From positions 320,001 through 384,000 of the forward strand of contig CAWEPK010000008.1 in the NCBI GenBank assembly GCA_963810935.1: DNA of 64,000 nucleotides, in the 5' to 3' direction. The position numbers and the translations under genes are program-made. The DNA comes from an uncultured delta proteobacterium (lineage in GTDB: Bacteria > Desulfobacterota > Syntrophorhabdia > Syntrophorhabdales > WCHB1-27). The notes under the pieces are model-generated. The model did not search any database. It was not told where the DNA came from and worked only from the letters and a program-made list of their open reading frames with translations. Below are positions 31,414 to 40,337 of this stretch, one piece after another. Each line of letters begins with the position of its first letter. The first letter of the stretch is position 1.

Positions 31414-32092
31414 TCAATTATTGATGATCTCGAATTTGTACCCAACTCCATAAAGTGAGTGGATGAGTCTCGCCTCGGGGTTTACGTTCTCGATCTTTCT
31501 ACGCAGCTTCTTGATGTGACTGTCGATGGTGCGGTCGCTCACGATGCGCCCGTCCGGATATATCTCGTCCATAAGCTCGTCCCGCTTGTATATCCGTCCG
31601 GGGCTATTGGTCAGGACCATGAGCAGCTTGAACTCCACGGCAGTCAGATCGAGTCTGCGGCCATCAAGCGTTGCCACGTAATTGAGCTCGTCCAGGAGAA
31701 GTCCGCATGCCGCCGGCGTGCGGCCGTCGAAGGTCCTGCGCAGGACTGCCTTGACGCGCGCGATCACTTCACGGGGGCTGATAGGCTTGCAGATATAATC
31801 GTCTGCACCGAGTTCGAGCCCGAGAAGCCGGTCGATCTCCTCGACACGGGCGGTTATAATTATGATGGGCACCTTCGAAAAGGTACGAATGTCTTTACAG
31901 ACCTCCAAGCCGTCGCGACCGGGCAGCATCAGATCAAGCAGGATGAGATCGGGCTGATGCTTGCGCACCCACGGCACGACCAGCTGCGCCGTTCTTAAGG
32001 CAGAAGGGCTCGAAACCCGAGGCCCTGAGATAATCGGCGAGCAGGCTGGCGAGTTTCGGCTCGTCCTCGACAACCAGAATAGCTCCGCTCAC
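31414..32092 (-). pseudogene. baeR: BaeR-like OmpR-family response regulator, frameshifted
   Basis: GTG at 32092 (GTGA overlap with the kinase stop) reads MSGAILVVEDEPKLASLLADYL...KNG; the remainder (VVPWVR..PDLILLDLMLPG, GLELGADDY.CKP) is in another frame; the span is 679 nt = 3n+1. Confidence 0.75.
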
Positions 32093-33573
32093 GGCCGCCT
32101 CGAAGCAAGGGGAAGTACCACGCGTATCAGCAAGCCTCCTAAAGATGATTGACGGGCGGTGATGGCGCCGTCATGGGCTTCTACGATGCTCTTGCATATT
32201 GCAAGGCCCAGGCCAGCCCCACCCGATGCCCGACTCCGTGAGCCCTCGACACGATAGAGCCGGTCGAACAGCCTTTCCAACTGCCCGCAGGGGACACCGG
32301 GGGCCGAATCCTCCAGCTCGATTACAGCCCTTCCGTCCGTGTAGAGGAGCCGGACCATGATCGCGCCTCCGGGGTCGGTATATTTCAAGGAGTTGTCAAA
32401 GAGGTTCACAAGCATCTGCCGCAGGCGCTGCCGGTCCGCATGGACCGTCTTCCACGGAGCTTGGGGCAAATCCCGGCTCAAAGCGATACCTTTGGCGGCG
32501 GACTGCGGGGCGAACGTTTCGATAACGCTGTCAATAAGGCCGGTAAGATCGAAGGTCTCTTTGTGATAGGTAAGCTTGCCGAGATCGAGGAGGGCGAGTT
32601 GGTATAGATCGTCAACCAAGTGATTAAGCCGAAGCGCTTCGCCGTGGAGTGAGCGGACCGCTTCCGGTGTAATTTCGCGAATGCCTTCCAGTAGACCCTC
32701 TGTCTCACCGATCAGGACGGCCAGCGGGGTCCTGAGCTCGTGGGAGATGTCCGCAAACCATAAACGGCGGGCCTTTTCATTCTGTTCGAGCGTGAGCGCC
32801 ATCGCGTTAAAGGCGCGGGCGAGCTGCCCCAGCTCGTCGGAGGAGGAGACGGGGACGCGAGTAGCGTACTTTCCGGAGGCGAGATGCTGCGTGGCTGCTG
32901 CCAGCGCCCTTATCGGCCGCAGCAGACGGCTTGCGAGGGGAAGGGCGAAGAGGCAGACCGCGACGATCAGGCCCAGCGCCGAGACGACTAGAGCCGATTT
33001 CTGCTGTCTCAGAAAGTGGAGTTGCAGGGGGTCGAGAAAATGTTTCGGCGGCAGGTGAAAACCCACGTAACCAACGGTCTCTTTATTATGTATTATGGGC
33101 TTTAGGCTCACCTTTTCCGTCTCCGACAAACTCCCGAACACCGGTTGTCGGTTTCCGTCCAGAACTATGAAAGGCGGTCCTGGGGGGCCGTGAGGTGGAG
33201 GGGGTGGAGGAGGAGCGCCGCCGATGTTCCACCCAGGCGGAGGACCCGGCAATGCCGGAGGCGGCGGGGCGACGTTGTGCCCCGGCGTCGGCCTCCATCC
33301 CTCGAAGGGGGGTTCCGGAACCCCCGGGGGGTCCAGGCGGCCTATCCACGACCCGGGTTCCGCCCTCAGAAAATCCCATCCTCCATGGTCGGCATAAGCC
33401 TCCTTCACGACCAGGATCAGCCGCTCCAGCCGCGCCTGATCCTGGTCGTGAAGGTATTGAAGGAACCCGGAATAAAGACTCCACTCCACGATGACAAACA
33501 TGGAGAGGAGAGCAAGGCACGTGGCGGCCAGGATCGAGAGAAAGAGCCGATAGGTAATTCCGATCTTGATCAT
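32089..33573 (-). CDS. baeS: BaeS-like sensor histidine kinase (HAMP, Pro-rich periplasmic region)
   Basis: Two TM helices, DELGQLA..FN HAMP, ISHELRTPL, NLFDNSLKY, GAGLGLAI; start could be 33594. Confidence 0.85.
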   Translation of the reverse strand: MIKIGITYRLFLSILAATCLALLSMFVIVEWSLYSGFLQYLHDQDQARLERLILVVKEAYADHGGWDFLRAEPGSWIGRLDPPGVPEPPFEGWRPTPGHNVAPPPPALPGPPPGWNIGGAPPPPPPPHGPPGPPFIVLDGNRQPVFGSLSETEKVSLKPIIHNKETVGYVGFHLPPKHFLDPLQLHFLRQQKSALVVSALGLIVAVCLFALPLASRLLRPIRALAAATQHLASGKYATRVPVSSSDELGQLARAFNAMALTLEQNEKARRLWFADISHELRTPLAVLIGETEGLLEGIREITPEAVRSLHGEALRLNHLVDDLYQLALLDLGKLTYHKETFDLTGLIDSVIETFAPQSAAKGIALSRDLPQAPWKTVHADRQRLRQMLVNLFDNSLKYTDPGGAIMVRLLYTDGRAVIELEDSAPGVPCGQLERLFDRLYRVEGSRSRASGGAGLGLAICKSIVEAHDGAITARQSSLGGLLIRVVLPLASRRP

Positions 33574-33958
33574 CTTACTCGCAAGCTCATGCACCTCTCG
33601 CCGCGGGCGGCCGGGTCAGCACGACCCGGCGAGGGATCGGCTCTAAAACCAAGGGGCGCATCCGTATCCATTATTTTACAACGGATCGCGTTAGCGGAGA
33701 ACAGACTATTCGGCGCCCTGTCCGCATTTCCTTATTTCTTCCATATTGCTGTCATAATCGTCTGTTATCCTATTCACGGAATGCAAGCACTTCGGAGGTG
33801 AGAGCAGTGGCACAAACAACTCGCGCAAAATGGGGGATTCCATCCTGGCATGGGCGGAGAAAAGCGGCCTCTTCTCCCCCGGCGACCTTGTCTACTTGAA
33901 AAAAAGAGGAGGGCCTGCATGAGAAAACCCCTATGACGCGGGTGGGTTGATACGGTCT

Positions 33959-34050
33959 ACAGGGGGAGGGGGCGAAGCTTCTATCGCACGCGGAACAGCC
34001 CCGCGAAGTATCTGGACTTGGAACGGATAGACTCGCCCCTCCACCCCCTG
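33959..34050. repeat. Long intergenic inverted repeat
   Basis: CAGGGGGAGGGGGCGA..CTATC pairs with GATAG..TCGCCCCTCCACCCCCTG. Confidence 0.5.
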
Positions 34051-34167
34051 TCCTTTTTCTCCAAGAAATTTGCTTACCTGCTCAAGGCCGGCGATCCTGT
34101 CCGCCCTTGCTTTATCTTCGCATGATACCCGACACGCCTTTCGATTTATTGTGGAGTCAAGACCCGA

Positions 34168-35256
34168 TTACACGTTGAAGCGGATGTGGAGAATGTCGCC
34201 ATCCTGCACAATATATTCCTTTCCTTCTACCCTTGCCAGACCTTTTTCCCTGGCAGCATGCTCGGAGCCGACGCGCACGAAGTCGGCGTACGGAATGACC
34301 TCGGCTCTTATGAAGCCCCGCTCCATATCGGAGTGTATTTTGCCTGCCGCCTTTGCAACAGGCGTCTCCTTCTTCACGGTCCAGGCACGCAGTTCCTTGC
34401 CGACGACCGTGTAGAACGTGATCAGGTCCAAAATGTCGTAACCTACTTTGATAATGCGCTCTATGCCGACCTCCGTCATGCCGTACATCTCCATGAAATC
34501 GGCCCGTTCCTCTTCGGGCAGGCAGGCAAGCTCTTCTTCCAGCTTCCCGCAGATGGGGACAACCTTCCGCCCCGCATGAGCGGCGAACCGGCCGATCGCG
34601 TCCGGCGCCTCCCGCCCCACGGCTGTTTCATCGATATTGGCGATGTAGAAGAAGGGCTTCGCGCATATAAGGCTGAAGGAGCGCAGCAGCTCGCGATCTT
34701 CGGGCGTCATGCGGCCTGCGTCGATAAAGCGGCCTGCCGAGAGCACGGCCTTTACCGCTTCCAGCACGGAGCGCTGGTCCTCGTGCTTCTCCTTCGACAC
34801 CCTGGCCAGGCGGTCTATCTTTTCGATACGCTCTTCCACTATCGCCAGGTCAGCGATGATCGTTTCCGTCTCCACGATCTCCGCGTCCCTTATCGGGTCT
34901 ACAGTCTCGTAGACGTGGGGGACGTTGCCGCCTTCGAAGCACCTGACTACGTGGGCGACCGCGTCCACTTCCCTGATCTGGCCGAGGAACCTGTTGCCCA
35001 GGCCCTCGCCCTTGTGCGCGTCTTTGACTAGGCCTGCTATGTCGATGAACTCAATCGTCGTCGGCGTCACCTTCTCCGGCGCACTCAGCCGGGCCAGGCT
35101 GTACAATCGCTCGTCAGGCACGGGCACGATGCCGACGTTCGGCTCTATCGTGCAAAACGGGTAGGGCTGCGCCGCTACGGCAAGCGCCGTGAGTGCGTTG
35201 AATATAGTCGATTTGCCCGAGTTGGGAAGGCCGATGATGCCGCAGGAAAAGCCCAT
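34168..35256 (-). CDS. ychF: Redox-regulated ATPase YchF
   Basis: GLPNSGKST, YPFCTIEPN, DIAGLV, GEGLGN.FL, GKIHSD..RGFI. Confidence 0.96.
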   Translation of the reverse strand: MGFSCGIIGLPNSGKSTIFNALTALAVAAQPYPFCTIEPNVGIVPVPDERLYSLARLSAPEKVTPTTIEFIDIAGLVKDAHKGEGLGNRFLGQIREVDAVAHVVRCFEGGNVPHVYETVDPIRDAEIVETETIIADLAIVEERIEKIDRLARVSKEKHEDQRSVLEAVKAVLSAGRFIDAGRMTPEDRELLRSFSLICAKPFFYIANIDETAVGREAPDAIGRFAAHAGRKVVPICGKLEEELACLPEEERADFMEMYGMTEVGIERIIKVGYDILDLITFYTVVGKELRAWTVKKETPVAKAAGKIHSDMERGFIRAEVIPYADFVRVGSEHAAREKGLARVEGKEYIVQDGDILHIRFNV

Positions 35257-35267
35257 GCGCCCTCTCT

Positions 35268-35816
35268 TTACTGCCTATTGAACAGGTTCATCGCTTTCTC
35301 GGCACTATCCGTAAGAAAGACTTGAATGGCATCGGCGGCCCTGTCAAGGGCCTCCGAGAGACTGGCGCGCTCGCCGGGCGCAAAGCGGGAGAGCACGTAG
35401 TGCTCCGGTTCTATCACCGGGTCTCTCCCTATGCCGATTTTCATGCGGTAAAAATCTTTCGTGCCCAGAGACTCAGCGATAGAGCGCACGCCCTTGTGCC
35501 CGCCGTCCCCTCCGTCCCGCTTGATGCGGATGCGCGCAAGCTCCATATCGAGGTCGTCGTGGATAACGAGCAGGCGGTCCGGCGCGATCCCTTTCTTCCG
35601 CATGAGGGTGGAGACAGGTCCGCCGGAGAGGTTCATGAATGTATCAGGCTTGGCGAGGAGGAAGCCGTCCCCCTCGCCTATCGTACAACCCGCGATTTTC
35701 CGCGAGAAGGGGACCGAGCTTCCTTGCGAAAACCTGTCCAGGACAAGATACCCTACGTTGTGCCGTGTGCCTGTGTAAGCCGTTCCCTTATTGCCAAGAC
35801 CGCAGATGAGGAACAA
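35268..35816 (-). CDS. pth: Peptidyl-tRNA hydrolase
   Basis: GLGN, TRHNVG, KP.TFMNLSG, HDDLD, GGHKG. Confidence 0.95.
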   Translation of the reverse strand: MFLICGLGNKGTAYTGTRHNVGYLVLDRFSQGSSVPFSRKIAGCTIGEGDGFLLAKPDTFMNLSGGPVSTLMRKKGIAPDRLLVIHDDLDMELARIRIKRDGGDGGHKGVRSIAESLGTKDFYRMKIGIGRDPVIEPEHYVLSRFAPGERASLSEALDRAADAIQVFLTDSAEKAMNLFNRQ

Positions 35817-35822
35817 AAAATA

Positions 35823-36467
35823 TTATTCCTCCTTCTCCTTGGCAGGCGCAGCAGCCTCTTCCCCTTCGGCCGGCGCAGCCGCAGCAGCCGCCGCAGGCGC
35901 CTCTTCCGCCTCAGGCGGAGTCAGGCCGACAACAGCGACGTCGGGGTTGTCGAGGAGCTTGATCCCCGGCAGGGAGATCTCACGTATATGGATGGAGTCG
36001 CCGATATCGAGGTTCGATATATCGATATCGATCTTTTCCGGTATCTGGCCGGGAAGACTTTCGACCATGACCGCGCGCAGGTGCTGCTCGATCACGCCGC
36101 CTTTTACGAAGCCGACCGGCTCACCGACGAGATGTATGGGCACTTCGACCTGCACGACCCTTTCCATCGACACCTGAAGAAAGTCGATATGGAGGACTGT
36201 GCGGTCCACCGGCTGCTTCTGCACTTCCTTTATCATCACCGGCCTTTCAACGTCGCTCGCCTCGCCTTTCACGGCCATCCTGATGACCGCGTTGCTCCTG
36301 GCGTGCGCCTCAAGCCGCCTCCAGTCCTTTGCGGAAATCGAAAGGGCGATGGGCTCCACGTCTCTGCCGTAAACGGTAGCGGGGATAGAGCCTGCCCTTC
36401 TGAGCTTGCGCGCCTCTCCCTTCCCTCTCCCGTCTCTTACCTCAGCCTGTAAGCGAAGTTCTTCCAT
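35823..36467 (-). CDS. rplY: 50S ribosomal protein L25/Ctc
   Basis: GKG.ARKLRR.G.IPA.VYG, HIDF, VEVPIHLVGE. Confidence 0.95.
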   Translation of the reverse strand: MEELRLQAEVRDGRGKGEARKLRRAGSIPATVYGRDVEPIALSISAKDWRRLEAHARSNAVIRMAVKGEASDVERPVMIKEVQKQPVDRTVLHIDFLQVSMERVVQVEVPIHLVGEPVGFVKGGVIEQHLRAVMVESLPGQIPEKIDIDISNLDIGDSIHIREISLPGIKLLDNPDVAVVGLTPPEAEEAPAAAAAAAPAEGEEAAAPAKEKEE

Positions 36468-36489
36468 GATGCTAATCCTCCTCGTTGCA

Positions 36490-37431
36490 TTATACGAATA
36501 ACGAGCTCACCGACGCGTCATTGTGGATGCGCCTGATGGCTTCCGCCAGGATGGGGGAGACATCGAGCACCCTGACCCTTTCGAGAAGCTTTGCCTTCTC
36601 CCGAAGAGGGATCGTGTTGGTGATCACTAGCTCGTGTATAGGTGACTTATTGAGCCTCTCGACCGCCGAGCCGGAAAGCACTGCGTGCGTGCAGCAGGCA
36701 TAAACCCTTGTCGCGCCGTCCCTTATAAGGGCCTCGGCGGACTGCACGATCGTGCCTCCCGTATCGATCATGTCGTCGAGCAGTATGGCGACCTTTCCCT
36801 TAACGTCTCCGACAATATGCATCACCTTGGAAACATTGGCCTTTTCTCTACGCTTGTCAATGATGGCGATCGTCGTGTTTTCTTTCACCCGTTTTGCGAA
36901 CTCGCGCGCCCTCTCGACACCGCCCGCGTCAGGGGAAACTATGACCAAATCCTCGCTGACGCTGGAAAGATAATCGAGCTGCACGGGCATTGCATAGAGG
37001 TGGTCGACGGGTATGTTGAAAAAGCCCTGTATCTGTCCCACGTGCAGGTCCATGGCAAGCACCCTAGTTGCGCCCGCCACCTCTATTAAGTCCGCCACAA
37101 GCCGCGCCGAGATGGGCGCCCTCGGCGCCACCTTCCTGTCCTGCCGTCCGTACCCGTAATACGGGATGACGACGTTTATGCGCGCCACCGACGCCCGTTT
37201 TAGCGCGTCGATCATGACGAGCAGCTCCATGATATTCTCATTGACGGGCGGGCAGGTAGGCTGTATCAAAAATACGTCCATCCCCCTGACCGACTCCTCG
37301 ATCTCCACCTGGATTTCGCCGTCGCTGAACGTCGCTACGCTTGCCCTACCCAGCTCTATCTCCAGGTACGCGCATATCCTTTCCGAAAGCTCGCTGTTTG
37401 CCCTACCGGTGAATATCTTCAGCCTGTTCAC
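36490..37431 (-). CDS. prs: Ribose-phosphate pyrophosphokinase
   Basis: [31 protein letters not shown]. Confidence 0.96.
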   Translation of the reverse strand: MNRLKIFTGRANSELSERICAYLEIELGRASVATFSDGEIQVEIEESVRGMDVFLIQPTCPPVNENIMELLVMIDALKRASVARINVVIPYYGYGRQDRKVAPRAPISARLVADLIEVAGATRVLAMDLHVGQIQGFFNIPVDHLYAMPVQLDYLSSVSEDLVIVSPDAGGVERAREFAKRVKENTTIAIIDKRREKANVSKVMHIVGDVKGKVAILLDDMIDTGGTIVQSAEALIRDGATRVYACCTHAVLSGSAVERLNKSPIHELVITNTIPLREKAKLLERVRVLDVSPILAEAIRRIHNDASVSSLFV

Positions 37432-37466
37432 TTTAACCCGTCCTCCTGAAAATCTTATCTAACGAT

Positions 37467-37543
37467 TGCGCCGGGTCGGAAGGATTCGATGTGCGGATGC
37501 CGGTCCCGAAGAACCGCCTTCCTGCCGCGTGAATCCGATCCCA
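37467..37543 (-). pseudogene. Degenerate tRNA(Gln)-like relic or structured RNA
   Basis: Lies at the usual tRNA-Gln position between spoVG and prs; the 3' part GACCGG-CATCC-G...TCGAATCCTTC-CGACCC is tRNA-like, but the T-stem, D-arm, anticodon loop and CCA are broken. Confidence 0.45.
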
Positions 37544-37654
37544 AACGATTGTATACAGTATATTTCAAGCCTTTCATTCCTGCACGTTCGGCCTTTTACG
37601 CTTTTAACTCTTCAAGCACACGCCCAGGTCCTTATGTGGGCCCTGCTCCAACAA

Positions 37655-37921
37655 TCAGACGGCGATCTTGCCTATCTCTTTCTCGTACGCGTCGAGCACC
37701 CTGGCCTCGATCCTCTGCCGGGTATCGCTGTTCAGTGGGTGCACGGTGTCCCTGTAAGAACCGTCCTTCATTTTCTTACTAGGCATAGCCACAAAAAGCT
37801 TGCTGTCCCCATCGATCACTTTGAGGTCTCTGATAATAAAGCATTCATCAAATATAACGGATGCATACGCCTTCACTTTCTTCTCATTAACCGGATAGAT
37901 CTTCACATCGGTGATTTCCAT
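37655..37921 (-). CDS. spoVG: SpoVG family nucleic-acid-binding protein
   Basis: MEITDVKI, KAYASV.FD, LFVAMPS, YRDTVHP. Confidence 0.95.
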   Translation of the reverse strand: MEITDVKIYPVNEKKVKAYASVIFDECFIIRDLKVIDGDSKLFVAMPSKKMKDGSYRDTVHPLNSDTRQRIEARVLDAYEKEIGKIAV

Positions 37922-37934
37922 ATCCGCCTCCCTC

Positions 37935-38774
37935 TTAAGCACTGTGAGCTACGAAGACACTGCCTGGACGTCCCACCTCCTCTGAAGCTTTACGAGCACC
38001 TCTTTCGTCCTCGAAAATACCAAAAACGGCGGACCCGCTCCCGCTCATGAGCGAGCCGAGTGCGCCGCCCCCCCTAAGCTGCTCCTTGATTGTCTGTATT
38101 TCCGGACATATCGAGGCTGCAACTGCTTCCAGGTCATTCTCCAATATATCCGCAACTTCGCTTACTTGTGAAAATTTCCCGGAAACTTTATCGTCATTTT
38201 CGTCGTTTGTCAACACGATTCTTAGTCCTCGGTAGACCTCGGCGGTGCTTATGGCCACGCCCGGATAGACCACAACGTACCAGATTTTCGGCAATTCTAT
38301 TGGTGTTATACGCTCTCCAACCCCCTTCATGATGCACGATTTTCCGTACAAAAAGAGGGGCACGTCGGCCCCCACCTGCCTGCCCAGCCCGGAAAGCTCC
38401 CCGGGCGTCAGGGAAAGGCCCCAGGCGTCAACCAGCCCTTTCATGACCGTTGCCGCGTTCCCACTGCCTCCCCCCAGGCCGCTGCCGAGAGGGATGCGCT
38501 TTTCAACCTCGACGGAGACCCCTTCGGGCCTGCCGCATCTCTCCTTCAGGAGCATTATCGCCCTGTATATCGTGTTGGCCGGCCCTTCCGGCAGGAGGCC
38601 CCGGTCGTCCTTGACCGTAACCTCGCCGTCTTCGGCCTCTCTGATATGCATGACATCATAAAGGGAGATGACATCGACGAGGCTCACCAGATCGTGGTAG
38701 CCGTCCGGTCTTTTCCCCACTACCTTAAGGTAAAGATTGACTTTCGCCGGCGAAAGCAGCGTTTTTTCGAACAC
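37935..38774 (-). CDS. ispE: 4-(cytidine 5'-diphospho)-2-C-methyl-D-erythritol kinase
   Basis: PAKVNLYL, DGYH, KRIP.GSGLGGGS, GADVP, MSGSGS; start could be 38819. Confidence 0.94.
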   Translation of the reverse strand: MFEKTLLSPAKVNLYLKVVGKRPDGYHDLVSLVDVISLYDVMHIREAEDGEVTVKDDRGLLPEGPANTIYRAIMLLKERCGRPEGVSVEVEKRIPLGSGLGGGSGNAATVMKGLVDAWGLSLTPGELSGLGRQVGADVPLFLYGKSCIMKGVGERITPIELPKIWYVVVYPGVAISTAEVYRGLRIVLTNDENDDKVSGKFSQVSEVADILENDLEAVAASICPEIQTIKEQLRGGGALGSLMSGSGSAVFGIFEDERGARKASEEVGRPGSVFVAHSA

Positions 38775-38858
38775 GTCCCCGTCCTTCCTGCCCGGCCCCT
38801 CCTGCCATGCGTCTTTCACGGCAGAAAAAGCCCCTACACGTCGCCTTGCTCCCTTAGT

Positions 38859-40337
38859 TTACGCTACAGCCTTTATGTCGAAGCTGTCCGCGGACTGCAT
38901 CGACTTCGAGACGATATTGATCTTGACTCCGTAGCTGCTCTCCAGATATTCGAGCGCGGCCTTCTCCTCTTCTACGAGAAGCCCCGCCACCTCGGGCGAG
39001 AGGTGGACGTCGAACAGCTTGCCGTCGCCCTTCCTGCACATTATGCGCAGCCTTCTCAACACCTCGTAGCAGACGGTATACCTCGATTTCACATAGCCGG
39101 AGCCCTCGCAGACCGGGCACTGCTCGGTCAGCATCGTGACTACGTTCTCCCGCGTCCGTTTCCGGGTCAACTGGACGAGCCCAAGCTCGCTGATCGGGTA
39201 GGCAAACGTCTTTATCCTGTCTTTTTTCAGGGTGTCGAGGAGGGCCTTGAAGACGGTCTCCCTGGAATCCTTCTTCTCCATGTCGATGAAATCGACGACG
39301 ATTATGCCGCCCATGTTCCTCAGCCGTATCTGGTAGGCTATCTCCTTGACCGCTTCCAGGTTCGTCTTCAGGATCGTGTCTTCCAGACCCCTCTTGCCGA
39401 GGTACCGCCCCGTGTTGACATCGATCACGGCAAGGGCCTCCGTGTAATCGAAGACAATGTAACCGCCCGACTTCAGCCAGATCTTTTTCTGCGTCAGCTT
39501 GGAGATATCGACCTCGACGCGGTAGAAGTCGAATATGTCCTCTTTCTCTTCGAACAGCTCCAGCTCGGTGTGGTCCGCGGGCAGGTATTCCTTCAGGAAC
39601 TCTTCGATCCTTTTATAAAGGACAGGGTCATCGACGATGATCCGTTTCAGCCCGTGCGCGTGCAGGTCCCTTATGACGCGGAATATGAGCCGCAAGTCGC
39701 GGTGAAGCAGCGCGGGCGCCCTCGCCTTCTTCGCTTTGGCCTGTATCCCCTCCCACATGCGCAGCAGGAAATCGAGGTCCGCGGTAAGCTCGTCCTCTTT
39801 TTTGCCCTCGCACGCGGTCCTGGCTATCAGGCCGAAGCCTTTGGGCGCTATGGTCTTGAGTATCGACGTTAGCCGTTTGCGCTCCTCATCGTCCTCTATC
39901 CTGCGCGAAACGCCTATATGCTCGCTTGCCGACATGAGGACGATGAGCCTGCCCGGAAGCGTGATGCGCGACGTCGCCCTGGTGCCCTTCTGGCCGATGG
40001 GCTCCCTCGACACCTGTACAATGACCTCCTGGCCCTCTTCAAGCACCCCTTCGATGCGCTCCCCTGCCTCCGGGGGCGTGCCCGTCTCCTCGAACTCTTC
40101 GAGCATCATGTCCGCGACGATGTCTCCAACATAAAGAAAAGCCGACTTTTCGAGGCCGATATCGACAAAGGCCGCGTCCATGCCCGGCAGTATCCGGACC
40201 ACCCTTCCCTTGTAAACGTTGCCCACGATGCTCCTGTCGTTCTTCCACTCAACGAAGAACTCGGTCAGGGCGCCGTTCTCCAGGAAGGCGATCCTCGTCT
40301 CACTGAAGGTCGAATTTATTATAAGCTCGGATGCCAT
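38859..40337 (-). CDS. rng: Rne/Rng family ribonuclease (RNase G)
   Basis: GNVYKGRV, AAFVDIG, IDVNTG, RLRN.GGIIVVDFIDM, CPVCEG.G. Confidence 0.92.
   Translation of the reverse strand: MASELIINSTFSETRIAFLENGALTEFFVEWKNDRSIVGNVYKGRVVRILPGMDAAFVDIGLEKSAFLYVGDIVADMMLEEFEETGTPPEAGERIEGVLEEGQEVIVQVSREPIGQKGTRATSRITLPGRLIVLMSASEHIGVSRRIEDDEERKRLTSILKTIAPKGFGLIARTACEGKKEDELTADLDFLLRMWEGIQAKAKKARAPALLHRDLRLIFRVIRDLHAHGLKRIIVDDPVLYKRIEEFLKEYLPADHTELELFEEKEDIFDFYRVEVDISKLTQKKIWLKSGGYIVFDYTEALAVIDVNTGRYLGKRGLEDTILKTNLEAVKEIAYQIRLRNMGGIIVVDFIDMEKKDSRETVFKALLDTLKKDRIKTFAYPISELGLVQLTRKRTRENVVTMLTEQCPVCEGSGYVKSRYTVCYEVLRRLRIMCRKGDGKLFDVHLSPEVAGLLVEEEKAALEYLESSYGVKINIVSKSMQSADSFDIKAVA

Noticed and set aside
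33170..33340. Poly-proline stretch in the BaeS periplasmic region as a repeat element
   Set aside because: In-frame low-complexity protein sequence, not a DNA repeat
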